Positions 21,423-35,214 of a stretch of DNA of 64,000 nucleotides are shown here, piece after piece. How positions within the stretch are numbered: the stretch's first letter is position 1; each line of letters starts with the position of its first letter. The stretch covers positions 3,596,001 through 3,660,000 of the forward strand of contig JBHGNT010000014.1 in assembly GCA_043228905.1 (NCBI GenBank), read 5' to 3'. Made by a program: the position numbers and the translations under genes. This DNA is from Azolla caroliniana (taxonomy: Eukaryota > Plantae > Polypodiophyta). The notes under the pieces are model-generated. The model was not told the origin of the DNA, did not search any database, and was given only the letters and a program-made list of their open reading frames with translations.

Positions 21423-24400
21423 AGAGAGAGAGAGAGATTATATTATCTTCTTCGGAGGTCAAATATGACCTATGGGACCAAAAATATTACATTTCACATG
21501 ATACATGTGAAAGTGGGTAGTGACTCTTGATGTTCAAGAACTTTACCAATGAATGTTGCAATCGAGAGTGCACATTGTGGTTGTGAGAGAAATTCGTGCA
21601 AGGATTGGGCTTGGTTGAAGAGATGTGGAAAGCATGGTCGAATATGATCAACGGCAGAGAGCATTGTATCAAAGTGTGATACTTGACTCTTGAACTTGTT
21701 TAGGGCAAAGTGTGCATAGCCGACCACTCTCATCACTTCTGCCCCAATGCCTTGTCTCACATCACAATGCATGTGAGCTAAGTCGCATGGAAGCAATGGT
21801 TTGAATGGCACATAACATGATGGGCTCTAACATGTATTGATGTGTACAGTTTCCTCGTTCCGCAAAGAATATGGTCTTGTAGTTAGGTGCAACATGTGTA
21901 GTATAATGTGTGAAGCGTGAGCCTCCACATTTGTCCCATGTCATGATACATTGGTGTTGCAAAAATGCCTCATTTACAGAGGAATCTAATGATGCATCAT
22001 GAAGCAAGTGTCTCGCATCCCATCTACCAAACCATTTTTCTATATCTTGCATCCAACCGGAACACAAACTTTTGCTTTTATGCGTCTTTTGGATCTTTTT
22101 GCTTGCTTCCCATGCAATTCTAGCAAGTCGATGTGAGGGACTTTTTTGAAACTTGAGCATGTATTCAACAACCCCTTCCATGGCCATGATCTCAATGGGA
22201 AGTGATCTCGTCTCAAGGAGCAGGATGTAGGGTGTTTGTTTCTTAACTTGTAGAAACTTTGTAAGAAAATGTTTTTGGACATTTTCAAACTCTTTCCACG
22301 TAGATTTAGGGATGCTACCGCCCATACTTCCACCCCATAGAGAAGAACCGATGTCACCAAAGTGTTGAAAAGATATTTCTTGAGGACCCAACACTTAATA
22401 TCTCCATTGCATGTGTTCTCAAATGCATAGTATGCTCGCTTACCCGCCTCTGAGCGGCGTGTAGCACATTCATTCCATCTATGATTTGAAGGAACTTCAA
22501 GGCCAAGATATTTGAAGCTTTCCACACATTCAAGTGGCTCATTGTTGTACATAATGCATGATTTATCTCTTTTTTGGCTCTTCACAAGCATAATCTTTGT
22601 TTTAGAGCTATTGACACTTAATTTAGTATCCATGCAAAAAAATTCCAATGCCTTCATAAGCTTTTGTGCATCTCCTAAAGTATTTGCAAAAAGCACTACA
22701 TCATCTGCATATATCAAAAGCATAATCACAACATTCCCAATGGCAACTTCTTCAACACGTTCTTCCTTTGCAAATTTGGTAACCATTTCTTCCAATTCAT
22801 CAATGCATAGACCAAATAGTGTTAGTGAGAATGGGTATCCTTGCTTAACACCAATAGTGTTATTGAAAAAATCTTAAAGTCTATCTCTTATACGCACACA
22901 ACATATAACCTTCTCATAAATTCAGGAAATTGCAAGCATATATTCACTTGGCACCTCAAGTTCTTCCATTCGCCTCCAAAGATGCTCACGAGGTACCATA
23001 TCAAAAGCTTTCTTAAAGTCTATAAAGCAACAATATAAACCTTTACCTCTTAAGGCGACTTTCCTCCATTAATACTCGAAGGGTGACAAGGTAATCAATG
23101 GTACTATGGTGTTTTCGAAAGCCAGCTTGTCCATAAGCTCTCTTACCATTTTTTACAGCCCATACATATCTTTGATTCCATTATACATCCAAATAGTTTT
23201 GTCATTTATGAGCCAACCATTATGGTTCGATAGTTGTTTACATTATTTACATCTCCACCTTTATGTAAAGGTTTGATCCAATTTGTAGTCCAATCATACG
23301 GCATACCATGTTGCAATGCATCATTAAACATATCACTTATCCATACATATGCTTCCTTTCCCGTCCATTTGAGCATTTCAACCTTTATACATTGAAGATC
23401 GCTTGCCTTTCGAGAGGCTAATTTCTTGCATATATCTTCAATTGTAAAGAAGGGAGACATATGTGAAAGAGAACCATAACACGTCATCTTTCCAGTAAGA
23501 GATGACGCATATAAATTCTTACAATGCATAAACTAGTCGTGAAGAGTTAAGTCACCATAACTCTCAACACGTTTCCCCTTTAGATTTCCTTAAAATTTAG
23601 CACATGCATGTGCTTTCTCTTGCATTTGGATAAATTGTTGAGTAACTTCCCATATTCTTCTCTTTCTTTGAATAAGCCTTTTATACTCATGCAAATGCTT
23701 TTGGTAATTCTCTTTATCCTTAACTACATCCAAAACCATAAGGCACTTTCGAGCTTCACGACATTCTTTATCATACCATTTTTTCCTAAGTTTCTTGGTG
23801 CATTTCCAAGATGTGCAGTTAGTCGAAAAACATTTGTTTGTACATGAGAGAATGACTTTCTTGGAAGCTTCCCATTTGCATTCTAGTGTGGCACCATGTT
23901 GTATCTTTGTCATTTGTAACATATCCTCAACCATCTTGGAATACATGGGCACTCACTTAAGGTTCGTGCTCAAGTGCAGTTGTTTATTATCTTCAATAGC
24001 CTTCTCACAATCAAACCTATGCATACACTTGAGATCAATACATAAAGGCCTATGATTGGATTCTGGTGTCTATTCACCAAGTGAGAATTTATGTATACGA
24101 TCCAAAATACCTTGGGAAAGTAGCACATAGTCAATCACACTATTTCCACTGTGTTTTCTACAAGTAAAACCATTAGTGTTGGGCCATAAGGAAATATCAT
24201 TTGCAATAAGCAATCCGGTACTATTGCACATTTGTAGGAGTAACTTCCCAAATTGGTATGGATCTTTTTCATGGCTAGAAGAGCAGTTATACATTTGCAT
24301 ATCCTCTTGCATCCTTGAGATATGTGGCATGAAAGATTGTTGTGAATCAAGTTGGAAACGTCGTGCACGAGCATTCATGTCACCAAAGACAATAACTTCC

Positions 24401-25282
24401 CCTTTGGATTTGAAATAAGCAATATCATCTTCTAGATTGGCAAAAGGTTGATCTTTATCCAAACAAGCATAAAAGTTAGAATCTTGATAAGGAATGTAAC
24501 ATCCAACTACAAAAGTAGGAAAATCATTAGGTGTTTTTATTTTGAGCCATATGTAGCATTTATGTTCATCATTTTTTATGATTGACACATATTTCTCTAT
24601 TTCCTTCTTAATCAAACATGCCACCCCTCCTTGTCCTCTTCTTTGTCTTGGATTTTTCTCCCATATCAAAGAGTGTACATTATAGTTTCCTAAACATTGA
24701 ATCCTTTGAGTATCATGCTCCCATGTTTCAACAAGAATTGTGATATCTAAGTCATTGGGGAACTCCTCTATGCTAAATCCCGCATTCCATGGGTATCCAT
24801 TGTAATTCCAAAAGCATAGTCGTAAAAGGCGTGGGTTAGTCTCATAGCTCATCTGTCCCTATTTGCTTACATTCCCATTTTTAGGCACATCCTTAACCTT
24901 ATTTTTCTTCTTCATATGCTTTACGACGAGCATTTTGTTGTGAGATAGTACGATCTTCACTCATAAAGCATTGCGTACCTTTGAGGTATACCCAACTATT
25001 TTCGAGTATGATCCGCCACTTTGCATCATCTGTCATTGTGCATACAATAGGCCTTTCTCCGAAGCAAGTAACACCATGTTTCCCAACTCGGTGTGCCCCA
25101 TATATATTCACATCTGACATCCCATAATGCATGCTAAAAAATTCACCAATGGCCTTTCCGAGGGATGCGGGTGTTTCCATACATACTCTCCTCTTTAATC
25201 CCACGGATGACAATGTTCTTTGATTGACATTCACGTTCTTTCAATTCTTGGACTTCTATGCTTTCTATATTCTTCTCTTGAT
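21423..25282 (-). mobile_element. Near full-length degenerate RTE-like LINE (ORF1-like, APE endonuclease, RT, microsatellite 3' tail)
   Basis: EN 24070-24852 (FWN, VET, GDMNAR, SVIDY). RT motifs FIDFKKAFD, KQGYPFS, IYADD, FKYLG. 3' end matches 35580-35665. Confidence 0.85.
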
Positions 25283-25943
25283 GCATGGACCAGTGTTGGG
25301 CAAAGTCCCAGGAACAGTGTCAACCTTCCGGTTGCATTGGGACTTTTGCCGGCCAAGGTGGGGGAATGTCGGAATTGATTCCGGCCAGGTTATCCTACCA
25401 ACAGGAATCTAGCCGGTTGATATTTTTTCAACCGGCTAGTTATATAGTTTTTTAAAAATATAGGTATGTATATATAACAAAAATATAGTTTTAACTTTCC
25501 CCCTCTTTCCCCCTCTTTCCCCCTTTCTTCCCTCCTGAGAGTCAAGAGTCGAGACTCGAGACCTTACGTTTCTTGATCCCTGTTCGCTGCTCACAGTCGC
25601 TATTTGCTTATCCCTATTGTTGCTTCCCGTTCCCTGCTCCCTATTCCTTGGTCTCTACTCTTTGATCGATACTCCTTGTTCCCTGGTCACTGCTCCCTAC
25701 TTGTTCTTCCCTATGCACAAACCACCACTCTCAGGTATGGATTTTGCTCATTTTTCTTATGAGGTATGTATTTTGGCTTTCCTCTAGCTAAACAATGTCT
25801 TGTCTCTTGAGGTTGTGCTCATTATTGTTGGAGATGAGCTATAATAAAACATTCAATTATCTAATTCTTTCATAATTATATTGCATGTTGAGGTCTTTAT
25901 GCATGGCTAATAAAAGCTCTATTTTTGTGCAAAAATGAAGAAA

Positions 25944-26828
25944 TTAAATCCCCATTGTTGTATATATGGTAGTAGACTTCATAGGTTTTTTCATGTAAGA
26001 ATAACAATCATATTGTTCCTTCTCTTCTTCTTCTTCTTCTTCTTCTTCTTCTTCTTCTTCTTCTTCTTCTTCTTCTTCTAGCATTACATCAAGGCCTTCA
26101 CAAGATTTGAACCTCCTATGTTGATGGTGAGGATGCTGCATTTTAGGTTTTTGTCTTGTGAAGTCATTATAAGGTTTCCATAGAGGTGAATTAGCCTCTC
26201 GATCAAAGCAAGATTCCAGATCATGGATCCTATTAAAACATAAAGACCTTTCTATATTTAGAGGCTTTCCTCCTTCTTGACCAAGACCAAGACCATGACC
26301 ATCCCAATGACCATGACCATCATCAATATCATCATCATCATCATCTAATCCTTCCATTAGCTCCCATGCATTAATAGTTTCCAATTGATCTACACCATTA
26401 TCAGCATGAATGCTATGTTGATCAGGGTGACCCATACCTTCTTGCTCTTCCTCTTGTTCTTCTTCAATGGTCGGATTAAGCTCTATTCTGAATGATTTGA
26501 GGTTATTATAAATGTGGCCCAAATCATCCTTTTTGTCACTGAGCTTGAGAAAACCATAGCTTGATCTAGAAGCAAGGGGAACGACATGATGCCTGTCTTT
26601 CACTCTGTTTCTCTCACTTTCTTCTTCTTTTTCTTCATCTTCTTCTTCAATATGATGATAATTTATGGGTTCTGATACAGTTCTTGAAACAGGGGCATAC
26701 CAGCTTTTATTCATAACATTACTAGAGTTAGTAGTAGTACTAGTACCATTAGTAATGGCTTTTTGTGGAACAAAGTACTCTGTTCCTCTCCTCTTTCTTC
26801 CTAACGACTTTGAAGATGAACAACCCAT
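25944..26828 (-). pseudogene. Captured 5' fragment of a plant glutaredoxin-domain gene (At3g28850/At5g39865-like N-terminus), no recognisable GRX domain
   Basis: MGCSSSK N-terminus, HHVVPLASRSSYG and ETINAWELMEGLDD motifs, poly-Glu tract. Family recognised from memory. Confidence 0.7.
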
Positions 26829-27174
26829 ACTTATAATATGCTTAAATCTAGTATGTATGATAAAAAGACAGATTTTTCACTAGATTACTAAGAAAGTTTA
26901 GTCATTGCATAGATGTATGGATCTCATTAATATCAGTAGTTATGATTAAGGTTAAGGTGGGGCGATAAGTAATAAGCCCAACTTTAGCGTGAGGGAAGAT
27001 CATGGATGTGAATCTATGAAATGTAAAGTCCAGTAGATTGAGTTGGTCGCTTGAGGCTCCTATGTTTAGCATAATTTTTAATCCTTTTTAGAAACATGGA
27101 TTGTGTATGTAGGTTTCGCCTTCTTATATTATGTTAGTCAAACATTCTCTGCATTATTGTTACAGACTTACAGT

Positions 27175-29406
27175 ATGTCCCAAAACAAAAATATGAAAGG
27201 CAAAGGAAAGCAAATTAGCCTCTTTACAATGCCCGGCTTTAGGAAAAACTTGCCATCTAAAGAAGATGTGTCTCTAGAAGAGCCTATAAAGGACCATCAA
27301 CACTTTGAAGAATTACTTCATGAGATGAATAGAATTAGTAAGGCCAAACTAAAATTTCAAGAAGATTGGCTTACTAAATTTAAGTGGCTTCAAGAGGATT
27401 TAGAAACTGATCTTTTATGGTGTAGTTATTGTAGGAGTGATCCTCATAGTAAGTCTTCATTTGGCAAAACAGGTGCCAAAAACTTTAAGACTTCCGCATT
27501 AGAAGAACATGCAAGAAGTGTGGCCCATCAAGATGCCATTTTGTTACAAGAACGAGACAAGAATGGTCTTGAAAAATGTGCATCCAAAAAAAAAGCAAGT
27601 GTGGATGTAGCAATTGAAAAATTGTTTAAATGTGCATATTTTATAGCTAAAGAGGATTTAGCATTTAGAAAATTGGAAAGCCTCTTACGATTGTTAAGAG
27701 AATGTGGTGTGGAAGGCCTTCCACGAATGTATAATGATAATAAGGCTTGTGCAAGCTTTATCTTGCACATTAGCAAGGCTCTTGAAGTTGAGATCTATGA
27801 TAGGTTGAGGAAAAGTCCTTGGTTTGGGCTTATGGTAGATGAAGCTACCGATGTAAGCGTAACCAAGAACTTGATTCTTTATGCTACATTTGTGGAAGGA
27901 AGGCAAGTAAGAACCTCTTATTTGGGGTTACTTGAAGTAGAGGATGGTACATCAAACACAATAATAGAAAGCACTTTAGCATTGTTAAAAAAGTGGAACT
28001 TAGATGTTAGAAAAATGATGGGATTCGGAAGTGATGGAGCATCTGTTATGGTAGGTATGTCTACAGGTGTTGCTACAAGATTGAAGTCATATAACCCATT
28101 TATGACTTCCTTACATTGTTGTGCACATCGAACAAACTTGTGTGTGCAAGAGGCTTCAAAGAACATTGAAGTCAAAGAAACATGTAAGCAGTTAGATGCC
28201 CTTGTGAATCGGGTGGCTGCACATTTCTCGAGGAGCTCACTACGCCAAGGTGAATTAACTAAGATGCAAGATGCACTAGAATACACACATTTGCATATTC
28301 TTGGGATTGTGAAAACACGATGGCTTAGTCGGCATGGTGCTATCATGAGGGTATGTGATGTGTATGAACCCTTGATGAAGACTTTACAATCGCAAAGTGA
28401 TGCATACAATATATTCTTAAGTTTAAGAAACTTCAAAGTAGTGTATATGCTTCACTTTCTTGCAGATGTACTTAAGATCATGTCAACGTTAAGTATGGAA
28501 TTCCAAAAGGAATATGTGGATGTGACATGCATTGGAGGTTTGGCTATGATAGCAATTGGGGAGATCGAAGAACAATTTCTCCATCATGTTATGATGGATC
28601 TAAATGGTTTTGAGAAGGATAGCTATAATTATCCAATTATTCCAGAATATGGTAGAGAAAAAGGAATGCTTTGAGTTTTAAGAGATGCTATTAAAGGTAA
28701 TATGTATAAAAGCATCCTCATGGATAGATGTATTAATGGTGAGGACTTGATTGAAGCCATACAATTCCAAACTTTGTTTTCTAAGGCATTAATAGAGACA
28801 ATAAAAAAGAGGCTTCAAGATCCGGTAACTCTTTGCGCATTGAAAATGTTATCACCAATGAACATGTCTACCGGATCTACAAGCATTTTAGCACGAAAAA
28901 CTATGGGTCTTAATGAGTTGAAAACAATTGGAAATTTTTATGGCATTCAAAAAATGGTAGATGGGAAAGCGTTTTCTCCCATAATTGATAATGATAAATT
29001 GTATGATGAATATGCAATTTTCAAAAGGCAAGCTACCACGGAATGGCTTGGAAGAGATTTCTTAGATGTTTGGGGTATGATAAATTGTAATGATGTATGG
29101 AAAGAAAAGGTACCCGAACTTCTAAAGATTGCATTGATAGGTTTAATCCAATGTGCTTCTACAGCAGCATGTGAGAGAGGCTTTAGTCGCCTAAATCTAA
29201 TAAAAAATAAGTTTAGAAATAGGCTGAAAAACAATGCGGTTGATGCATTGATACGAATCTCTATTGAAGGACCTGAACTAGAAGAACATGACTTCAATGC
29301 TAGCATTTTGTTGTGGCGAGAAAGCAAGGCATATCGTCATATTTTTACAGGAACTTCTCATGAGCATGATGATGAGATCGAGGACTTCATAGAAGATATA
29401 GATTAA
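27175..29406 (+). pseudogene. hAT transposase with a single in-frame TGA (28672-28674)
   Basis: Zn finger CSYC...H...H, MVDEATD, GSDG, HCCAHR, TRWLSR, STAACERGFS. The downstream ORF 28702-29406 is in the same frame. Confidence 0.9.
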
Positions 29407-30650
29407 AACTTTATAAATGTGATCGATTTTGTTTTGGAACTTTCTATATATTACATCTAATTTGATCTAATATGTTGTTAATGCTACTTTACAAAGGTTT
29501 GAAAAGTGAATTATGTTTATAAAGTTAGAAATTTTTTTGGTAAATATATATCTTTAGTTTTTGGGTTCCAAAATTTTGTGATTGATTTGATTTGGTATTG
29601 CATTAGATTTTTTTTGGTTATGCGGCCAAAAAAAATTTCAACATGTTCCGGTTGACATTGTCATTGGTAGGAACGTGGCCGGCCAAAATTTTAAAATTCC
29701 GGTTAGGTTCATGAGAAGCAAGAAAATTTCCGGTAGAGGCTACAAACTTTGCCCAACATTGGCATGGACTATAAAAAAAATCTTTCCTTCCCCATGGACA
29801 AAATCGAGGCATATATTGCATAAATAGGATGTTAAAATTATCTAGGAATCTAATGCTATAATAATGGGTAAAAGTTACAATATCATATATTAAATGCTAC
29901 AAAAGTCAAGGCTTCCTAAGAGTATGAAGAAAGTCATGTATTAGAGTGTCCCCAAAATCTAATCATGGCAATGTAAGTGTGTGAGGGGTGGAAACAAACC
30001 ACAATATAATGTTAGAACTACAGCAATATAAATTATAATGAATGCAACATGGAACCTCAATGCTTAAGTAGATTTACCACTTAAATATTGTCATGTTCAT
30101 TAGTGGAAGATGATATATAAGTCTCTTAAAATCAATTTAATTAAGCACAGACAAGGCAATCCTATTTCACACTTGTCTTGGTGACCAATGTGAATCGAGT
30201 TGGAAATGAAGTGTCATTGCAAAAGCAACAAGTGGAAATCAAGTGTGAACTAACATAGCAACAATCAAATAGAGAAACATAGCCTCTCATGTCAACACAC
30301 AATTTCCCCTTGCAAGAGTGGCAATATGGTTAAGTCTTCCACACTATCCAAGATGCGTAATGGTCTAGCTTCAATAAATTTGGCTTTTACTACTTGTAGC
30401 CCACTCCACCCTGATGCTCCTTAATTGTCAAGAGCTCAAACCCTACTAGGGGCGATAGAGGGAAGACATAAACCTCAACAAGCATAATATATGACCAATG
30501 AAAAGTTGTCATTACCTTAGATTCATCTCAATTAGATTAGGGTTACCTCTTTATCCTCCTAGAACTAAGACTCATGGAAACACGGTACAATATATTTTCA
30601 ACGGCCAAAAAGATGAAATAAACATTTCAAAATATTTGCCCTTACATAAA

Positions 30651-30955
30651 CAGGCAAGTTTGTATATCTTTCTTTCGACAGAACTAATATATACATATCA
30701 GAAGTTGAATTTCCTATGATGCACAAGAAGGAATCATGCAAAATAATGATAAACTCACAGTTTCAAAGATGAAGGAAATAATATTCAAAGCTCAGGCTAT
30801 TTTTAGGCAAAATGTATATCTTTCTTTAAATAAAACTAACATATACATCTCAGAAGTTGAATTTCCTATGATGCACAAGAAGGAATCATGTAAAATAATG
30901 ACAAACTCGCGGTTTCAAAGATGAGGGAAATAATATTCAAAGCGAAGGCTATTTT
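30651..30955. repeat. Two-copy tandem duplication (about 153 bp)
   Basis: AGAAGTTGAATTTCCTATGATGCACAAGAAGGAATCATG occurs twice. Confidence 0.8.
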
Positions 30956-31889
30956 TACTCGGTTATTCACAAATGTACTTCATTTCAAGTTTCTCAAGTT
31001 GTTTGCAATACAATTTTACACTTGAGGACAACTGAAGCGGACCAAAGCGGATCAGGAATGCATCAACGTATTTACTTGATCCCTTGCCCATAAAAGCATA
31101 CTTGGAACTTATGTTTCGGAGTGGCAATTATCAGTCTATTAGGTTGAACTAAACTTCTTTTGAAAGACAGAACAAATTTCTTATCTCATAACAAATTCTC
31201 CAATTTCTTGATAATCTACTTCCCATGAAACATTTTCCAGTATTCATCGCCCTCAACTATTAAAAGTATTTCTTCATTCAGTGTGTGTTGCTCATACAAG
31301 TAGCCCCACGTCTAAAGAAATGGAGTAGTAAGTATTAACAAAGAAAAATAAATCTAATCCGGAACAGTAATTGACCTAGAGCTTCAAGATCTTGCAAAGT
31401 CTTCACAAATCCAGACATCGAATCCTAAGATTCTCCACAAGGAAGTATTTTAATCTTGCTAATCCAAATAATACGAGTATGAAAGGTTTGGTCACCAATC
31501 GTTGCTCTTGTTAAAAATGAACATTGGACTTTACCAAAGATCTGCATGTATATTGTTGTTCCCACTTGCAAAATGAGTCATCCCAATATATGACACTTGC
31601 CTTCACATTGGAAAACAAGTATACACCCCAATCAATGTTACACTGGCCTCTCGGATGAATTCATGCCAGCACATTGTCAACCACCACCAGTTTCATGGCT
31701 CACAGTGTCTGCTTGTTCATATGATATACCGAAGACCACATGCATGTACTTCAGAAAACTATCTTCTTGGCAAATCTCAGAAAGTTTAGAGGATTTTGTG
31801 GGTATGCCCATTTGATTATGCTGATCAAGAAAGGTTGAGTAATCACCAGAATCTGGAAGAGTTTCCAATCATAGTAACTTAATAGAATA

Positions 31890-34040
31890 TTAGCCAGTTT
31901 GTTCCATAGTTCCTGAGTTACTCTCATGTTTCTCGGATCCTCTTTCTTTTAATTCAGCTGCTTTCAGCTTTTCTAGCTTCTTCTTCAGAAATGCTTGCTT
32001 TAACTTTTCTCTATTTTTCTGAGCTTGGATCTGTCGACGTTCCTTCAAGATCATTGTCTGCTCTCTTGCCTCAATGGTTTCCTCATTGACTTGTCTAGAT
32101 ATCACAGCAATACAGTTTTTAACTTAGACACTGTATATGCATATTTGTACTTCTCACAAAACCATAGGTTATTGAGAAGGTCAATTCAAAAGGCTAAAAA
32201 AATGGAAATTTCTATATAAGTAGCAATCATCTTTTTTTAACATGATGCCATTTGGGTTTAGTCAAGCAACACAACATTTGCTGAGGGAAAACTGCATACC
32301 TTACTAAGAGCTTGTGTTCTCGAGTGATGCCTCCAACTTTATCAGTATTCCAACCAATGCCAGTTCGCCTATCAATAATTGACACTTCAGGTGACCCATC
32401 TTCCCTCAGTTCACATTTCTCCTCTCTTCCCTCAGTCTCGAGTTGTTTGAATTCATCCTCCAGATACCCTTTCCGTAAGAAATCTACATTGTATCTTTCT
32501 CTCTCATCTTCATCAGAGAGTTCACCCCTCGCAAGCTTCTCGTAAAGTTGAGCTTTCTTCTCGAGGGCAGCATAGCTAGCAGACCCATCAGTTTCAGCTT
32601 TTAACTGCAACTTATCTCTGCAAAGAATTCTGGATGTAAGCCTTTGAATGCTTTCATTTTGAACTTTTATTAAAGAGGACAGAGTACAGATGAGAAGAAT
32701 CTATTGTTTCTTTGTGGACTTAAAAACATTCGATACAGTACTAGGATCTAGGCTCATGCAGAGACCAGAGAACATTGGCATCTGTACCAAACTGCACGAG
32801 AAAAGGGAATTGAGTTTTTCCCCTGTAAACCCTAAATCTAAAGAAGATAAAATAGAATCTATACCAGAAACCCTTAAAGAATTTCAATAAAAACCTGTAC
32901 TCTCATCTCATTTGAGAACTTATGGAGAGCAAGCTCAATCCAACTGTCATCAACAAAAAAAGATAAAGCATGCGGATCTCAGGCCTCTGACCTAGAGTAA
33001 CCTAAATCAAGTTCATGCCTTGAAGCACAGCCACCTATAAACTCTTGCATGTATCATTCTTCTATAAACTCTTAAAGAGCATCGCATGGAAAGTTATGAG
33101 GCGTCGTGATGCTTCAAAGCTCTAGCATGTCTCCTCCATTCAGGAGCAGAGTTTCCCTATGCCTCTACAGTCCAAATTGAAACCCATTGGAAGTTGGATT
33201 ATAGACAATATAGTACTATATATGTATTTACGAGTGATGCATAGAAAAAATCACATCGGGGTGCATGCATCTTATTTTGGCCATTCCTACTCAAAATGGT
33301 ATCATGTACAAGGTTCAAGGAATTAATTGGCCCTAGCGAACAAGTAATATTGTTGGAATGCGAATGAATTCCTTACAAATCTGTACATACCATTGCATGT
33401 GCACAGATCGGGCCATAATGGATATATGATATTGTGCTCATTTCTGACTCTCCTGAGGGAATGAAGTTTATACCTATTCTGACATTGCACTAGTTTCCAA
33501 TTCACAGAAGACATTCAGATGTTTCGCAGTCATTTTGTATGGAGAGAGATATGTCGATGAGTCTAAGGAGAACATCTCTCATGGTCTTTAAACACAAATC
33601 AAGCGAGCATAAACTGAGTAAGACCATCAATCTCCAAACAAATAGAGACATGTGGTCAACATTTACATAACATCAAAATTCAGCTTTCAACAGAGGCACT
33701 GTCTAAATGTGATAACTGTCTCAAATAGGTTCTATCCAGAAAAAAAAGGGGCCTACCTGTTGGCTCGCTCTTCCACCCCGACATTCTTCTTGGAGAAGGA
33801 ATCAATCTTCTTCCTGTGGGATCGAGCTTCTTTAGGTTCTATCCCACCTCCTTCCTTGATACGTTTCGCATCTTCCTGGGAGCGGAAGAGCTGGGCGCGG
33901 AGCTCGACGATGGAGGAAGCGCCAACGCCTTCGATGATCCTCTGCTTCTTGGGCATGACAGATGATTCGGTGAGCCATCCTAAAGACTCTATGCGCTGCT
34001 GCGCTCTCCCGGGAAACCCCTGTTCCTTCTCCTCCGCCAT
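31890..34040 (-). CDS. CCDC174 / At4g18257-like coiled-coil protein, 3 exons: 33757-34040, 32300-32617, 31890-32094 (268 aa)
   Basis: ESLGWLTESSVMPKK..IEGVGASSIVELRAQL, KKNVGVEERA and LEKKAQLYEKL motifs. GT-AG junctions keep the frame. Confidence 0.88.
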
Positions 34041-34080
34041 CGCTCCTCTTCTCTTCTTTCTTTCACACAAAATCTCTGTT

Positions 34081-34270
34081 TATACACAGATACATATACA
34101 TATACATATACGTGTATACATGTATACATATACGGTATACATATACATGTATACATATACGGTATACATATACATGTATACATATACGGTATACATATAC
34201 ATGTATACATATACGGTATACATATACATATGTATACATTATACATGTATACATATACAGCATATACATA
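34081..34270. repeat. AT-rich 27-bp minisatellite just upstream of the CCDC174-like ATG
   Basis: TATACATATACATGTATACATATACGG, about 4 copies plus degenerate flanks. Confidence 0.85.
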
Positions 34271-34659
34271 TGGATTATACATATCCCTGCAATCCATCTT
34301 TTCCTTAATCGCCCACATGCCCTCCCCTCTTCCCTTGTGTTTTGAGTTTCATGAGTTATCTCGCACTATTAGAAGAGATGGGTGTGTGCTGGCATCGATC
34401 TAACATCTCTCGATGCCTCTTGTTCGCGTAACATATGGATTTTACGTGTTTCGTAAATGGTCATCCGGCATTGATTTACCAAATCTTGTGGCTCGATACT
34501 TTTGAGAGATTAGCTCTTCTGCCAGAGGTAGATTCGCGAGTCATTACTCTTGGGTAAACCCTCAATCTTCTATGTTTCTCTCTCTCTTTCGTGAAGCATA
34601 CAATTGTATTAATTTTCATGTTACAACCATCATTACAACCGTGTTAACCCTCTCTCTCT

Positions 34660-35210
34660 CTCTCTTAAGGTAGAGGAACATTTTGAAAGAGGCCCCAAGT
34701 GCCGAAAAATAGAGCCTTTTTCCAACCACAAATTCTAAACATTCCAAATCCCTCTCAGTTCAAGAGATGAGATATTAGTCCACGTTGCTTTAGAGCTAAT
34801 ACCAAAGGCAAACCCCCAATCAAAACTCTCCAAATGAAGACCTTTGCTACAGGTGGCAATTTAGATTGCCAACTACGTTTTAAGATCAGCCACCATCCAT
34901 GATCAGAGGTATGTATTTTCCATTCTTCTCTCTCTTTCTCTTTCCAAGTTAAGAAACAAACGTCATACACCCTCCTCCTTGAGACATGATTACTTCCCAT
35001 TTAGTGAGGCATAAAAGCAAAATTTTGTGTTCCAGTTGGATACAAGATATGGAATAATGGTTTACTAGATGCAACACACTTACTTCATGATGCATAGATT
35101 CCTCTATAAATGAGGCCTTTTTGCAACGCCAATATATCATAACATGAGACAAATGTGGAAACTCATCATTCATATATTATACTATACATGTTGCACCTAA
35201 CTACAAAACC
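34660..35210 (-). mobile_element. L1 LINE 3' fragment
   Basis: WQSKLPPVAKVFIWRVL, typical of the region before the zf-RVT domain. Confidence 0.6.
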
Positions 35211-35214
35211 ATAT

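Larger units (their letters stand above)
25291..29761 (+). mobile_element. hAT DNA transposon (ZNF862-like transposase) carrying a host gene fragment
   Basis: 16-bp TIR CAGTGTTGGGCAAAGT with one mismatch. 8-bp TSD GCATGGAC at 25283-25290 and 29762-29769. CCGG-rich subterminal motifs. Confidence 0.95.

Noticed and set aside
28672-28674. Programmed readthrough in the hAT transposase
   Set aside because: A single TGA is most simply a CGA>TGA methylation-driven mutation, and no readthrough context is visible.
33652-34345. Tyr/Ile/Cys/Met-rich ORFs on both strands
   Set aside because: Translations of the 27-bp minisatellite and the antisense of exon 1.
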